In this document: positions 44,993-54,158 of the stretch, piece by piece
Numbering within the stretch: position 1 is the stretch's first letter
Layout of the letters: the number at the start of each line of letters is the position of its first letter
IMG/VR virus record: IMGVR_UViG_3300047160_004775
Span: 1,162-65,161 of that record
Source: a virus
Lineage: Duplodnaviria > Caudoviricetes
Strand: one strand, 5' to 3'
Length of the DNA: 64,000 nucleotides
Notes under the pieces: generated by a model
What the model was told of the DNA's origin: nothing
What the model saw: the letters and a program-made list of their open reading frames with translations, nothing else
Databases searched by the model: none
Translations under genes and position numbers: made by a program

Positions 44993-45241
44993 CTATCGCT
45001 CCCCGTCCTTCTTGGTGGTGGGGGCGTGCAGGACGCAGCCGAAGTCCGGGCCCACGATCATCCCCCAATCCTCGTCGTTCTCGACCAGCACCTCGTTTAG
45101 GGCCAGTTCATTCTGCTCCGCATAGGCTGGCCCATATCCGCGCTCCCATCGGGTGCAGGAGCCGTATGGCGGCCGGCGGTGGGGAGGTGAGCCGTCGCCC
45201 AGACGAAAGTGGCCGCAAGTGCTGCAGGTGGACGCCATCAC
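44993..45241 (-). CDS. small Cys-containing protein
   Basis: CSTCGHF...GSC...FGCVLH; ATGA-coupled. Confidence 0.6.
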   Translation of the reverse strand: MMASTCSTCGHFRLGDGSPPHRRPPYGSCTRWERGYGPAYAEQNELALNEVLVENDEDWGMIVGPDFGCVLHAPTTKKDGER

Positions 45242-45780
45242 CCCGCCTCCCCTTCACCCGTCTTGGCGCGGTAGGAGGCGAGGGCTTGGCGAAGGGCATC
45301 GTCGGCCTTGTGCAGAGCATCCGCTGCCAGCAGTTCGTCCCTGCCAGCGTAAATGAGCAGCTTCATGGCGGGAGGAATTGCAGCACGCGCCTTTTCAGCC
45401 GCCTCAACCAGCCCGGTCACGTCGGGTTGAGGTTGGGCCAGGGCGGCGAGGATACGGTCGATGCGGGCGTTCGTCTCCGCTGCGAGGTCAATCTGCTGTT
45501 CGGTGTGACAGTCTCCCTCGTCTGGACGCGCCTCTCCCAATTGCGTCGCCAGCCACGCCGCATCCTCCCCGCTCAACCCTCCCGCTGGAGAGGGGGTGCG
45601 GCGGTTCCAGAGACGCGCTGCACCTTCTGGCGTTGTATGTGTTGGGCCGCACGCCGCGCAGTCCTCGCACTCAACGAAGCGATGGCTGATGACGTTTTCC
45701 AAGTTGGTCGAATAGGAGAGACTTACATTGTCGCTCTCGCAATGAGGGCACGCCTCCAGCTTTTCGCCTTGGTCAGTCAT
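45238..45780 (-). CDS. Lar-like restriction alleviation domain protein
   Basis: LEACPHCES...FVECEDC.A.GP...AARLWNRR. Confidence 0.75.
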   Translation of the reverse strand: MTDQGEKLEACPHCESDNVSLSYSTNLENVISHRFVECEDCAACGPTHTTPEGAARLWNRRTPSPAGGLSGEDAAWLATQLGEARPDEGDCHTEQQIDLAAETNARIDRILAALAQPQPDVTGLVEAAEKARAAIPPAMKLLIYAGRDELLAADALHKADDALRQALASYRAKTGEGEAG

Positions 45781-46067
45781 TGATCAGTCTCGGAATTCAG
45801 GCGGATATGCCGAGTAATACCCGGCTCCTTCATCCGCTCAGGATGGTTGGCGCGAAACTCGGCGAACTCCTCTATCCGGTCTTGAACGGCCCGCCAGTGG
45901 TGGTCGTCTTTCACCAAGCTCTGGTAGTAGTTCAGCAGAGCTTGGGTATGCCGGTCGCGTGCTCGGAATAGGATCACGGGTTCATCGTCTGGGATCGCCT
46001 CACCGGACACGCGGTTGACAAAGGCCTTGCGCTCTTCGTCCCAGCGGAACTTACGGTCCTCGCTCAC
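45777..46067 (-). CDS. hypothetical protein
   Basis: IPDDEPVILFRARD motif; GTGA-coupled. Confidence 0.7.
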   Translation of the reverse strand: MSEDRKFRWDEERKAFVNRVSGEAIPDDEPVILFRARDRHTQALLNYYQSLVKDDHHWRAVQDRIEEFAEFRANHPERMKEPGITRHIRLNSETDQ

Positions 46068-46702
46068 GGCTTCGTCTCCTGTTGGGGCGGGGCGGGAAGG
46101 GGTTGCCAGTATTTCGGTCGTGCATAAACAGGAAATCTACTTTCCGCGCCACTAGGCACCGCGTTACCTAGGAGGTTGAGCAGTTGCCACGACTGCTCAA
46201 CATGATCGTAATATAGCACTTCCGGTATTTGGTGGAGACGGTCATAAAAACTACCGCCGTCACGCACCCAAAGTAGCCACCCCAATTGCTGCGAGCGCGA
46301 GCCGTGATCATTGTATTGATCAGCGTCGATATTTACTCGTGTACAAAGATACCACCCGCTTTTGCGCGGCAGCTTATGCGCCACACTTACCCAACCGTCA
46401 TTGCGAATTTGGTCTGCGTGGTAAGCATTAACTTGAGTTGGTGGGTGATAATGGGGTTGATCGAGTCCGCAGATTGGGCACTCAAACGTGCCTTGAGGCT
46501 CAGATTGAGCTAGCCCCTCGGCGCCCGCTGGTTTGGGCTTCGGCGCGCCCCCGAAAGCTTTCCGGTAAGCCTCCATGAAGTCGTCAGAGCCGGGCGCTCC
46601 GGGGAGCGGTATCCTTGGCCCCTTGCAGCGCCGGAAGTAGTATCGGACCTGGCCGTGCCGGTCGATGAAGCGGTCAACGTACTTCAAGCGGATCGTGGCC
46701 AT
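46064..46702 (-). CDS. integrase N-terminal arm fused to a DUF551-like domain (no catalytic domain)
   Basis: LKYVDRFIDRHGQVRYYFRR...RIPLPGAPGSDDFMEAY, then WVSV..KLP...WQPLPAPP; no R-H-R-Y residues. Confidence 0.7.
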   Translation of the reverse strand: MATIRLKYVDRFIDRHGQVRYYFRRCKGPRIPLPGAPGSDDFMEAYRKAFGGAPKPKPAGAEGLAQSEPQGTFECPICGLDQPHYHPPTQVNAYHADQIRNDGWVSVAHKLPRKSGWYLCTRVNIDADQYNDHGSRSQQLGWLLWVRDGGSFYDRLHQIPEVLYYDHVEQSWQLLNLLGNAVPSGAESRFPVYARPKYWQPLPAPPQQETKP

Positions 46703-46941
46703 TCCAGGGCTGCGTCCCAATCGCTTTCGCCGGGCGACTCTTGTCCCTGGCCGGCGAGGCTATCGAACGCCGCATCAAGTTGATAGCGGTCCCAGATCAC
46801 GAGGCGGTCAATGCGCTTGGGCTTGGGCATGACGCCACGGCTCACAAGCTCATCGAATTTGGATGGGGACACGCCGACATAGGCCGCCGCCATCTCACGG
46901 CGCAATCCGCGCGGCTCGACCTGGCGACCATGAGCGCTCAC
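46684..46941 (-). CDS. excisionase/AlpA-like HTH protein
   Basis: RGLRREMAAAYVGVSPSKFDELV..G.MPKPKRID..VIWDRYQLDAAF; overlaps the integrase-like start. Confidence 0.8.
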   Translation of the reverse strand: MSAHGRQVEPRGLRREMAAAYVGVSPSKFDELVSRGVMPKPKRIDRLVIWDRYQLDAAFDSLAGQGQESPGESDWDAALEWPRSA

Positions 46942-47342
46942 GGCTTCTCGGGCTCCCCGGTAGTGGGGTTGGCGAGGTCGAGGAGGACGTCGGCGTGACA
47001 TGGCGAGCCGGGCTTGCACCAGCAGGCGAGCGACTTGCCTTGGAGGAACGACGGGCTTGGCGGCGCACCAGGGCACAGGACCGCCTCAAACAGCGGGTGT
47101 CTGACGTGCTGGCCGATCTGATAGCCGAGTTCGCCACGCATCCAGCGACGGTAGCGGTCCACAGCGCCTTCGGCGGTGATCTCCGGGCCGATCTCCACAA
47201 CGTCGCCGCTGTGCAACTTCACGCGGCCAGGACCGACGAACCACGGATTGCCCCAGCCCGTCGCGCGATCCACCTTCACGGTGTTCGGCGGCATCTTCCA
47301 GCCGCGCTTTCGGCTGAGCTGTATCCTGACCGGCCTATCCAC
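46938..47342 (-). CDS. DUF4326-like protein
   Basis: VKVDRATGWGNP...LQGKSLACWC.PGSPCHADVL. Confidence 0.85.
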   Translation of the reverse strand: MDRPVRIQLSRKRGWKMPPNTVKVDRATGWGNPWFVGPGRVKLHSGDVVEIGPEITAEGAVDRYRRWMRGELGYQIGQHVRHPLFEAVLCPGAPPSPSFLQGKSLACWCKPGSPCHADVLLDLANPTTGEPEKP

Positions 47343-47931
47343 GATCTTCCTCCACTGAAGGAGGGGCGGGGAGGAGCGTCTTGCCGGGCTTGTTAGTGGG
47401 GCGCCAGCCGGCGAACTCGCCAGCGATCCCGTGCCACGTCCAGCCGCCGCCATTGTGGTCGATCCACTGGGCCAGCACCACCTCGACCCACCGCAATTTG
47501 TCGTCGCCCTTGGCGTAGCTGTAGTTTTGATGGACGCAGCGAGCCCAGATCGGCGTCCCGTCTCGCGGCGCTTCTGACATGGGCCGCCATCCCCCTTCCT
47601 TACAGACAGCCCGCGTGATTGTGTCTGTATTGGCCGACGTGAGAAGGGCGATGATGGCGAGCTTGGCGTAGTCTTGGCCGGTGAGGATCGCCCAATCGGA
47701 CGCATCGTCCCAAGGCTGACGACGCAGGCCGTCCATGAAGCCGTCGTGCCACGCTTGGGCCAGCGCCAGCGCTTCCTTCAGCATCGGGTCCTCAGGCTTC
47801 CAGCCTTCACGGGCCAAGCGAGCAGCTTCAGCGGCGATTTCCCTAATGACCTGCCGGTCCATCATACGGGCGCCCAGCTTGATCCGAGCGGCCTCGTCAG
47901 CTCGGGCTAGGTCCAGTTCGTCGTCGGTCAT
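47335..47931 (-). CDS. hypothetical protein with DUF551-like C-terminus
   Basis: WRPMSEAPRDGTPI...WRP; GAGGAGG RBS. Confidence 0.7.
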   Translation of the reverse strand: MTDDELDLARADEAARIKLGARMMDRQVIREIAAEAARLAREGWKPEDPMLKEALALAQAWHDGFMDGLRRQPWDDASDWAILTGQDYAKLAIIALLTSANTDTITRAVCKEGGWRPMSEAPRDGTPIWARCVHQNYSYAKGDDKLRWVEVVLAQWIDHNGGGWTWHGIAGEFAGWRPTNKPGKTLLPAPPSVEEDRG

Positions 47932-48572
47932 GGTTTCCTCCTCTTCGAAAACGGCCGGCTCTGCATGGGCCGGTGGCCCTGGTCGAAGCCTCGGGACGGG
48001 ATCTTGCGCCGCGGCTCCTTGCGCTCGGCGCCGACCCGCATGGTGGCCTGGCGCTTCTCCTTGGCGCGCTGGCCTGCTTCTCGGCGCGTCTTCGGCCCGT
48101 GACAGTCGGAGCATCGCAGGCGGAGGTTCGAGGGCCCGAAGTAGGCGCGGCGCTCAACCCAGGGCAAGTGCGTGGTGCGCCAGAGCGGGACGGTGTGCTC
48201 GAGCTCTACGCTCAGGCTGATCTCGACTTCGCACCAAGGGCCCACGCACTCGCCCACGATCGGGCCGCCCTTCGTGAACCAATCCCGCCAGGGATAGGTC
48301 TGGCACCGGCGGTTCATGACGTGCTGATTGCCGCGCACGTGGAGCGGCTGCTCCCTGCAGTCCCAGCACCAGGGCCCGTCGCGATCGAGCACGAAGGCGT
48401 ACTGCACCTCGCGGCGCGAGTGGAGCAGGATCTCAAAGGCGCAGTCGGGTTCGGCGCCGCGGCCATCGTGCTTGGTGCGGTCCTTGCGGCCCTCGGTGAT
48501 CGGGTTCGCGCACCAGCGGCAATGGCGGTCAGGGACAGCCGGAAGGCGGAAGGAGCGAATGTTGGTCGTCAT
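47928..48572 (-). CDS. HNH endonuclease
   Basis: CRWC, CWDC, ELEHTVPLW...NLRLRCSDCHGPKT. Confidence 0.8.
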   Translation of the reverse strand: MTTNIRSFRLPAVPDRHCRWCANPITEGRKDRTKHDGRGAEPDCAFEILLHSRREVQYAFVLDRDGPWCWDCREQPLHVRGNQHVMNRRCQTYPWRDWFTKGGPIVGECVGPWCEVEISLSVELEHTVPLWRTTHLPWVERRAYFGPSNLRLRCSDCHGPKTRREAGQRAKEKRQATMRVGAERKEPRRKIPSRGFDQGHRPMQSRPFSKRRKP

Positions 48573-48589
48573 GAAGGTCCGTGGCTGAC

Positions 48590-50953
48590 CTAGTAGCCAG
48601 TGTGATCGTCCCGGCTTTCAACTCCACCGTAGTCGGGGCGCTCCCAGAAGTCATCTTCGTTCTGCTGGATGTCGACCAGCGCAGGCGCGAAGTACTCCAC
48701 CATGCCGTATTGAAGGGCGTCGTGAATGTGGCTGTACTCGTTCTTCTCGGGCTTTTCGCTGTAGCGCTCGGGGCCCGCCACCTGGAGCCGCCGGCGGTGA
48801 TAGCCGCCCATGAAGCCCTTGCGGAGCATCCTGCAGCGCGGGTGCAGGATGAAGCTCGGTTCGCCGCCTGGTGCGAGGCGCAGCGGGCGGCGCACCGATT
48901 CCTGGCGCAGCGTGGGCTCTTGTGAGCGCGCGGCCTGGATGTTGATCCCCTTGGCCTGGAGGATGTCGAAGGCGCTGCGCTTGTCGGTCTCGTGGCGGTT
49001 CTCGCCCGCCGGATCGCCCCAATCCTCGATCTGAACCTGTCCCTTGAAGGCCCGGGCACAGTGATCCAGCACCACGTCCCCGAATTCGTCGACGCTCATG
49101 TTGTCGGAGGTGAGCTCGTCGAAAGTCAGCCATTGCCCTGTCGGAAGAATCTGGCTGAAGGCGCAGGCAGGGGTGAGACCGAAATCCCATGAGCGGATCA
49201 CCGGACGTCCCGGCACCGGGTCGGCCTTCCGGCAATGGAACGCGTCGTTGTACTCGGGGTAGACGAGCTTGCCCTCGACGATGAAGCCATACTTCCCGTC
49301 GACGTAGATCTTGTTCCACTCGGCCGCCTTGCCGGTCGAGAGGTTGGTGTAGTAGCGCCGGCCGCCAGGAAGGTTGCTCAGGTTCTCAGCGCCCGCCTCC
49401 AGGCCCCCTGGCTGCTTGAACAGCCGCGCGAAGCCCTTGGGGTGCTTCATCTCCTCGAAGAATTTGTACCACTTCGAGTCCGCATCCGGCGGGTTGGTGT
49501 CCATCCACAGGCCGTACCAGAAGGGCATGACGCAATCGCGCTTGGCGGGGTAGCGCCCCACGCGGCCCTGGAAGGCGTCGATCACCGCCCAGGGCACCTC
49601 GCGGGCCTCGTTGATCCAGCCGCCGGTGAGCTCGAGCGACAGGAGCTTCTTCACGTCGTCGGGCCGGTCCAGGGCCAGGAAGACGAGTTCGATCTCGGTC
49701 TTGTCGAAGGCCTTGATGACGTAGCTGTGCTTGTTCTCGACGTAGCGGCCGAAGTACTGCGGCGGGAACCATTGGAAGATGGTCTTGATCGTGGTGTCGC
49801 GGAGTTCCGGGTAGGTGTTCCGCACGACGCCCCAGCGGGATCTGCGCCAGCCATCGACGCCCACCGGATGGGCGAGCCCGCGGTTCACGATCTCGACGAC
49901 GCAGCCCGACGACTTGCCGCTGTTGCCGGTGATGAAGATCGTGTCCGCGCATCGGGCGACAAAGAACCCCGTCGGCACGATGAAGCAGTACTTCAGGCCG
50001 TCGTAGGCGCCGAAGCGGCTGATCTTGGTGGTATCGACACGCACTTGAGCGCGGTTCTTCGGGTTGTCCGAGGTCCGGATGTTGACCGAATAGCTGTCGC
50101 GCCACTCCTCGTTCTCATATTCCGTCCGGTGGATCGCTGCGCGGCGGCCGGTGGCGTGCGCCGCGTACTGGATGAAATCCGCATCGGCCTTGTGAGTGGT
50201 GAAGTAGCGAACCTCCTCGTGGTCAGCCAGGCCGTCCCAATGGGACATCTCGTCGAGCACGACGCTCAATTCTCGGCGAGAAGCGGTCCACCAGCGTTCG
50301 TCGAAACGTTTGCCTCGGTAGGGCGGATAGAACACGAACAGCGTCTCGTCTGGCCGGCGGGGATAGACGCGCTCGGCGAATTCGATCCCGAGGCGTCGGA
50401 GAAGAGCGCGGCCGCGCTCCTTCTTTCGCTCTTTCCGCAACGTCACCACCGCCTGATTGCCCTGGCGCGTGTAGTGCCCATCCGCGTGCATCATGACGGC
50501 GAAGCGGATCAGGTCGTCGCTCATGCCCAGCCCGTGCCCATCCGGTCCGACGAAGGTGGTGGGAATCGTCCGCTTAGAAGGGTGGCGCGCGATCTCAGCA
50601 GCCGTGCTCACGCTGAAGCGACCGGTCCAGTTGTAGTGGGGCACGCGATGCTCACCTGACAACTGCATGACGAGCGAGCCGCTGTCGAACTCGATGAACT
50701 CGGTGCAGGGGAGCACGATGTGTTTTGTCGGTTCGACGAACTCGATACGTCCGTCCTCGTGCCACTGCGCAACACGGTCGCCAGACTGGTAGTCGCACAT
50801 GCGCTTCCACCCCGCCGGCGTCAGGAACTCGGTGTCGAACGGCAGGCATCCAAAGGGGCCCATCAGCCCGCGGATGAAGCTGTCGTCCTCGCTGAACCGC
50901 TCGATGGTCGGGCAGTCGCGGTAGTCGTAGCGGACGTAGTGCGGTTCGGTCAT
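48590..50953 (-). CDS. terL: terminase large subunit (intein-containing)
   Basis: GPFG|SGKS Walker A, VVRNTYPEL, LSLELTGGWINEARE, WDFGLTPAC, HIHDALQY. Confidence 0.95.
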   Translation of the reverse strand: MTEPHYVRYDYRDCPTIERFSEDDSFIRGLMGPFGCLPFDTEFLTPAGWKRMCDYQSGDRVAQWHEDGRIEFVEPTKHIVLPCTEFIEFDSGSLVMQLSGEHRVPHYNWTGRFSVSTAAEIARHPSKRTIPTTFVGPDGHGLGMSDDLIRFAVMMHADGHYTRQGNQAVVTLRKERKKERGRALLRRLGIEFAERVYPRRPDETLFVFYPPYRGKRFDERWWTASRRELSVVLDEMSHWDGLADHEEVRYFTTHKADADFIQYAAHATGRRAAIHRTEYENEEWRDSYSVNIRTSDNPKNRAQVRVDTTKISRFGAYDGLKYCFIVPTGFFVARCADTIFITGNSGKSSGCVVEIVNRGLAHPVGVDGWRRSRWGVVRNTYPELRDTTIKTIFQWFPPQYFGRYVENKHSYVIKAFDKTEIELVFLALDRPDDVKKLLSLELTGGWINEAREVPWAVIDAFQGRVGRYPAKRDCVMPFWYGLWMDTNPPDADSKWYKFFEEMKHPKGFARLFKQPGGLEAGAENLSNLPGGRRYYTNLSTGKAAEWNKIYVDGKYGFIVEGKLVYPEYNDAFHCRKADPVPGRPVIRSWDFGLTPACAFSQILPTGQWLTFDELTSDNMSVDEFGDVVLDHCARAFKGQVQIEDWGDPAGENRHETDKRSAFDILQAKGINIQAARSQEPTLRQESVRRPLRLAPGGEPSFILHPRCRMLRKGFMGGYHRRRLQVAGPERYSEKPEKNEYSHIHDALQYGMVEYFAPALVDIQQNEDDFWERPDYGGVESRDDHTGY
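49922..50848 (-). mobile_element. 309-aa intein with LAGLIDADG-like endonuclease in the terL Walker A
   Basis: Begins CLPFDTEFLT; ends YCFIVPTGFFVAR...ITGN followed by Ser; internal MMHADG and HWDG blocks. Confidence 0.93.
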
Positions 50954-51345
50954 GAGCGCCGCGCCCAGCGCCGCGCCTTGCGCTTGCCGTTGCGGCTCAG
51001 TGGGGCCCCGGGTTTGGCGTAGATCGACGCGAGATAGATCACCTCGCAGGGGTACGGCCAGCGGTCGCCCTTGAGGTTGTTGCAGCTCTTGTGCGCCAGC
51101 AGGATGTTGGCGTCCGCGCGGCCGCCCTGGACACGGGGGAAGACGTGGTCGCGTGATGGCGCGCCCGAGTTGGAACCGTGGAGCTCCAGCGCGCCGCGCG
51201 CGAAGCGATCATCGCACAGGTAGCACCCATGGTCCTGGCGGTGGAAGATCTGGCTCTTGGACAGATTGACCGCCATTCCGATCATGTCACACGTGACAAT
51301 GCGCCAGGCGTCGAGCGCCCGTTGCGCAGCCGTGTTGAAGGTCAT
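50950..51345 (-). CDS. HNH endonuclease adjacent to terL
   Basis: CYLC...SRDHVFPRVQGG...NILLAHKSCNNLKG. Confidence 0.88.
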   Translation of the reverse strand: MTFNTAAQRALDAWRIVTCDMIGMAVNLSKSQIFHRQDHGCYLCDDRFARGALELHGSNSGAPSRDHVFPRVQGGRADANILLAHKSCNNLKGDRWPYPCEVIYLASIYAKPGAPLSRNGKRKARRWARRS

Positions 51346-51388
51346 GCGGACAGTCAGGGGAAGGGCTCCAGATCTTCCACCGGTGGGC

Positions 51389-51820
51389 TCAGAGCGCCTC
51401 GGTCAACAGAGGCTCGAAACACAGGCGCATGTATAGCGTGCCGTCCTCCTCGAAGGCCGGCGTGCAGCGCCAGATGAGCGCAGCTGGTCCATTGATCTCC
51501 GCGCGCATGCGTCTGGCGAACCGGATGCTGTCAGCCACCATGTCGAGCGGGGCGACAGGGGGCCAGCCCTTTTCGCCTTCGACTTTCGGCACGCCGTTTC
51601 TGATCACCGTGAAGGCGGTATGGTTCGGCGTGAAGGCCGTCAAGGAATAGAGGGGAGGCCCTTCGACCAACTCTTCGATCGCCTCTTGGCACCACTTCGC
51701 CAAGCTGGCGAGCTTGGCGTGGCGAACCTGATTGCTCTCCCCGTATGCGGTATTAGCCGACCGATGAGCAGTACCGTCGCGATCTCGGTAGTCCCGAGTG
51801 GGCGGAAATCCTTGGCTCAT
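51389..51820 (-). CDS. hypothetical protein
   Basis: 143-aa ORF in the operon. Confidence 0.65.
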   Translation of the reverse strand: MSQGFPPTRDYRDRDGTAHRSANTAYGESNQVRHAKLASLAKWCQEAIEELVEGPPLYSLTAFTPNHTAFTVIRNGVPKVEGEKGWPPVAPLDMVADSIRFARRMRAEINGPAALIWRCTPAFEEDGTLYMRLCFEPLLTEAL

Positions 51821-51823
51821 GGA

Positions 51824-52093
51824 TCACCCGTTGATGATGGTGGGCTTCTTGCGGTGCAGGGCGCAGCCGGCCTCGGAGCGGGGCAGCCGCGGGCGCAGGA
51901 CCGCAATGGCGGGGCCATTCGGTCCCATGCCGACGATGGCGGGCGTGGGGGGCAGGCCCCGGCACTCGATGACCTTGAAGTCCTCCGGGACCATGTGGGC
52001 GAACTCGCAGTTGCCGCAGGCGACCGCCGGGATGGGCGCCTCGGGCTTGCCGGCGAGGGAGGAGTGGTTCAGCGCGGTGGTCTTGGTGTTCAT
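51824..52093 (-). CDS. small Cys-containing protein
   Basis: CGNCEF...CRGLPP...GCALH. Confidence 0.65.
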   Translation of the reverse strand: MNTKTTALNHSSLAGKPEAPIPAVACGNCEFAHMVPEDFKVIECRGLPPTPAIVGMGPNGPAIAVLRPRLPRSEAGCALHRKKPTIING

Positions 52094-52104
52094 CGGATCT
52101 CCGA

Positions 52105-52326
52105 TCAGAAGGGGCGCCGCTTTTCCCGGCGCCGCGGCGGGTTCTCGGTGTCACGCGTGACAGGGTGTGACGCGCGCCAGAGTTCGTGACGGACGATGCC
52201 CTCCATCGCGAAGGCGAGGGCGATGGTGGCCAGGGCGACGCACGCGCCGATCCCAACGCTGTTCCAGAACTGCGCGGTGCCGCTGAAGGCCGCAAGGCCA
52301 TAGAGGACGCCGGCGACGTATCTCAT
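52105..52326 (-). CDS. small membrane protein
   Basis: Two hydrophobic segments; ATGA-coupled. Confidence 0.6.
   Translation of the reverse strand: MRYVAGVLYGLAAFSGTAQFWNSVGIGACVALATIALAFAMEGIVRHELWRASHPVTRDTENPPRRREKRRPF
52150..52161. repeat. palindrome GTCACGCGTGAC
   Basis: Exact copy; extends to TGTCACGCGTGACA. Confidence 0.95.
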
Positions 52327-52547
52327 AGCCGCACCACCGTGTCGTAGAGCGCCCAGGACGCGTCCAGAGCCGCGCGCCATTTGCTCGCGAGCGCTTGGTC
52401 GCCCTTTTCCAGCGCTCGGGCATAGAAGGTCGCCGCGCCCTCGATCTGGGTTCGTGACATGGGGAGATCCGCCTTGATCGGCTCGAGCGCCGCGATGGCG
52501 CGCCGGCGGCGAGTTCGATAGGCGGCTTGGCGCTCTGCGTTCGTCAT
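52323..52547 (-). CDS. hypothetical protein
   Basis: MTNAERQAAYR motif; ATGA-coupled. Confidence 0.7.
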   Translation of the reverse strand: MTNAERQAAYRTRRRRAIAALEPIKADLPMSRTQIEGAATFYARALEKGDQALASKWRAALDASWALYDTVVRL

Positions 52548-53074
52548 CCTGCGCCCCTCTTCGTACCGGATCTGATGACCTGAAACACCACCGGCTGCGT
52601 GGGATCGCCCGCGTGCTCGATACGGTCCTGCCAGGGGAGCGAACCCTTGGCCTGCCCGCGGCGCCGATTGGTGAGCCAGATCTTCGACGCGCCCGGTTCA
52701 GGAGGATAGTGCTCGGTGAAGCGGGCGCGGATGATCTTGCCCTCGTGCTGGAAGATCTTCTCGGCCGAGTGTGAGTAGCCGATCGCGCGCTGATAGAGGC
52801 CGTGGGCGACATCAGCGTCCGCCTCGGTCTTCCCGCGCGCGAGTTCCCGGCCAAAATGCGGGTGCTCGCTCTTCCATCCGTTGAGCGTCGCCTCGTCGAT
52901 GCCGATGACCTCGGCCATCTCGGACTCGGTGCATCCGAGGAGGGCCATCTTGAACACGGCGAAGGGGAGGCCGTCGTGATAGAGGGGCGGACGGCCTGGT
53001 CCTGAGGGACCGCCGGTGCCGGGCGTTTTGGGTCGCAGTAGTCCCGGGCCTGAGGTTTTACGCTTCGTGACCAT
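52544..53074 (-). CDS. terS: terminase small subunit (start could be 53140)
   Basis: GRPPLY...LLGCTESEMAEVIGIDEATLNGWK...ADADVAHGLYQRAIGY...HYPP...KIWLTNR. Confidence 0.88.
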   Translation of the reverse strand: MVTKRKTSGPGLLRPKTPGTGGPSGPGRPPLYHDGLPFAVFKMALLGCTESEMAEVIGIDEATLNGWKSEHPHFGRELARGKTEADADVAHGLYQRAIGYSHSAEKIFQHEGKIIRARFTEHYPPEPGASKIWLTNRRRGQAKGSLPWQDRIEHAGDPTQPVVFQVIRSGTKRGAG

Positions 53075-53208
53075 GTTCCTGCGTGCCTGGTTCCTGGGCG
53101 CGATGGAGCCGTGGTGACATAGTTCGCCGAGATCGTCCACGGCGGAGGCTGTTGATCTTTACAGCTAAGCCGCTCATGGTGGGCGCGCCATGCTAGAGGA
53201 GACGCTCC

Positions 53209-53355
53209 ATGGGTCGGTCTGGACACAATGCGCTGGTCGGGATGGTCGGCGCCGCGGTGTTGCTGGTCTTCGTGCCGATCGCCGGCGCGGTGGGCGCCCT
53301 GATCAAGGCCGAGGCCGTTCACATGGCCCGGAGCATCGCGGCGGCGCACCGCTGA
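53209..53355 (+). CDS. 48-aa single-TM protein (antisense cassette)
   Basis: GAGGAG RBS, ATG, hydrophobic core LVGMVGAAVLLVFVPIAGAVGAL; not in the supplied ORF track. Confidence 0.6.
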   Translation: MGRSGHNALVGMVGAAVLLVFVPIAGAVGALIKAEAVHMARSIAAAHR

Positions 53356-53549
53356 TGGCCGTCGAGGAACGGCTCGATCTGACGCTGCGTATCTACCAGG
53401 AGGGCGTGATGGTGGCGCACCGCCTCGTCAGCCGGGAGACCGCCGCCGAGCAATTGCTCGCGCTGGTGAAGGAGCAGATCAGTGGTGACCTGTTCGTGCC
53501 GCTCGTGATCCGGGTGGATCCGGTCCAGCGCGTCACGATCCAGGACTGA
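53355..53549 (+). CDS. 64-aa protein coupled to the TM peptide
   Basis: TGATG overlap. Confidence 0.6.
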   Translation: MAVEERLDLTLRIYQEGVMVAHRLVSRETAAEQLLALVKEQISGDLFVPLVIRVDPVQRVTIQD

Positions 53550-53551
53550 CG

Positions 53552-53563
53552 GTCACGCGTGAC
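53552..53563. repeat. palindrome GTCACGCGTGAC (intergenic)
   Basis: Exact copy between convergent stop codons. Confidence 0.95.
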
Positions 53564-53568
53564 GGGGC

Positions 53569-53769
53569 CTAATTCAGCCCACCCCGGACCACGAAGTCAC
53601 GCGTGACATCCGACATCCACGTGCCATCGGGGAGGGGGCCGGCGACGAACCGCGCGGCGTCTTCCCAGCGGTGCACCGCGTTGCCGAACTCATCGAAGAG
53701 GTTGGTGACGGAGACGGTGACGTCGTCGAGCACGATCTTGTAGTGCGCAGCGAGATCCGGATCCGTCAC
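53569..53769 (-). CDS. hypothetical protein
   Basis: GTGA-coupled; 66 aa. Confidence 0.6.
   Translation of the reverse strand: MTDPDLAAHYKIVLDDVTVSVTNLFDEFGNAVHRWEDAARFVAGPLPDGTWMSDVTRDFVVRGGLN
53596..53607. repeat. palindrome GTCACGCGTGAC
   Basis: Exact copy 44 bp from the previous one. Confidence 0.95.
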
Positions 53770-53975
53770 GACGCGCGCTTCTTGCGCTTGCCCTTCCGGA
53801 GCTTCGCGCGGGCTGCGGCCTTGATCTTGTCTTCGACGCCCTTGGAGATGTTGCCGGCGCGGAAGCTGCGTGTCGCCCCGCCGATCGCGAGGCGCGCGTG
53901 CTTCTTGTCGCCGATCGGGAAGGACTTGTTGGGCCCGGCTTTCTTGCCCGGCACCTTGGACGGACGGAGGGCCAT
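53766..53975 (-). CDS. small basic protein
   Basis: K/R-rich; SFPIGDKKHARLA motif. Confidence 0.75.
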   Translation of the reverse strand: MALRPSKVPGKKAGPNKSFPIGDKKHARLAIGGATRSFRAGNISKGVEDKIKAAARAKLRKGKRKKRAS

Positions 53976-54158
53976 CTACTTCCCCTTTTTCTTCCGCTTC
54001 TTGCCCTTGCGGTCGAGGGCGCGCTGGCCGGCGACATCGGCCTTTCTGTCCTGCGGCGAGCGCTCGTACTGCTTGAGCGACATGCCGAGGCGCTTCGAGT
54101 TCTTGCGGTCCTCGCGCTGGTCAGCCTTGGACCCCTCGAAGCGCCTGGCTTTCGCCAT
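53976..54158 (-). CDS. small basic protein
   Basis: FEGSKAD..ED...YERSPQDRKAD; K-rich tail. Confidence 0.75.
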   Translation of the reverse strand: MAKARRFEGSKADQREDRKNSKRLGMSLKQYERSPQDRKADVAGQRALDRKGKKRKKKGK

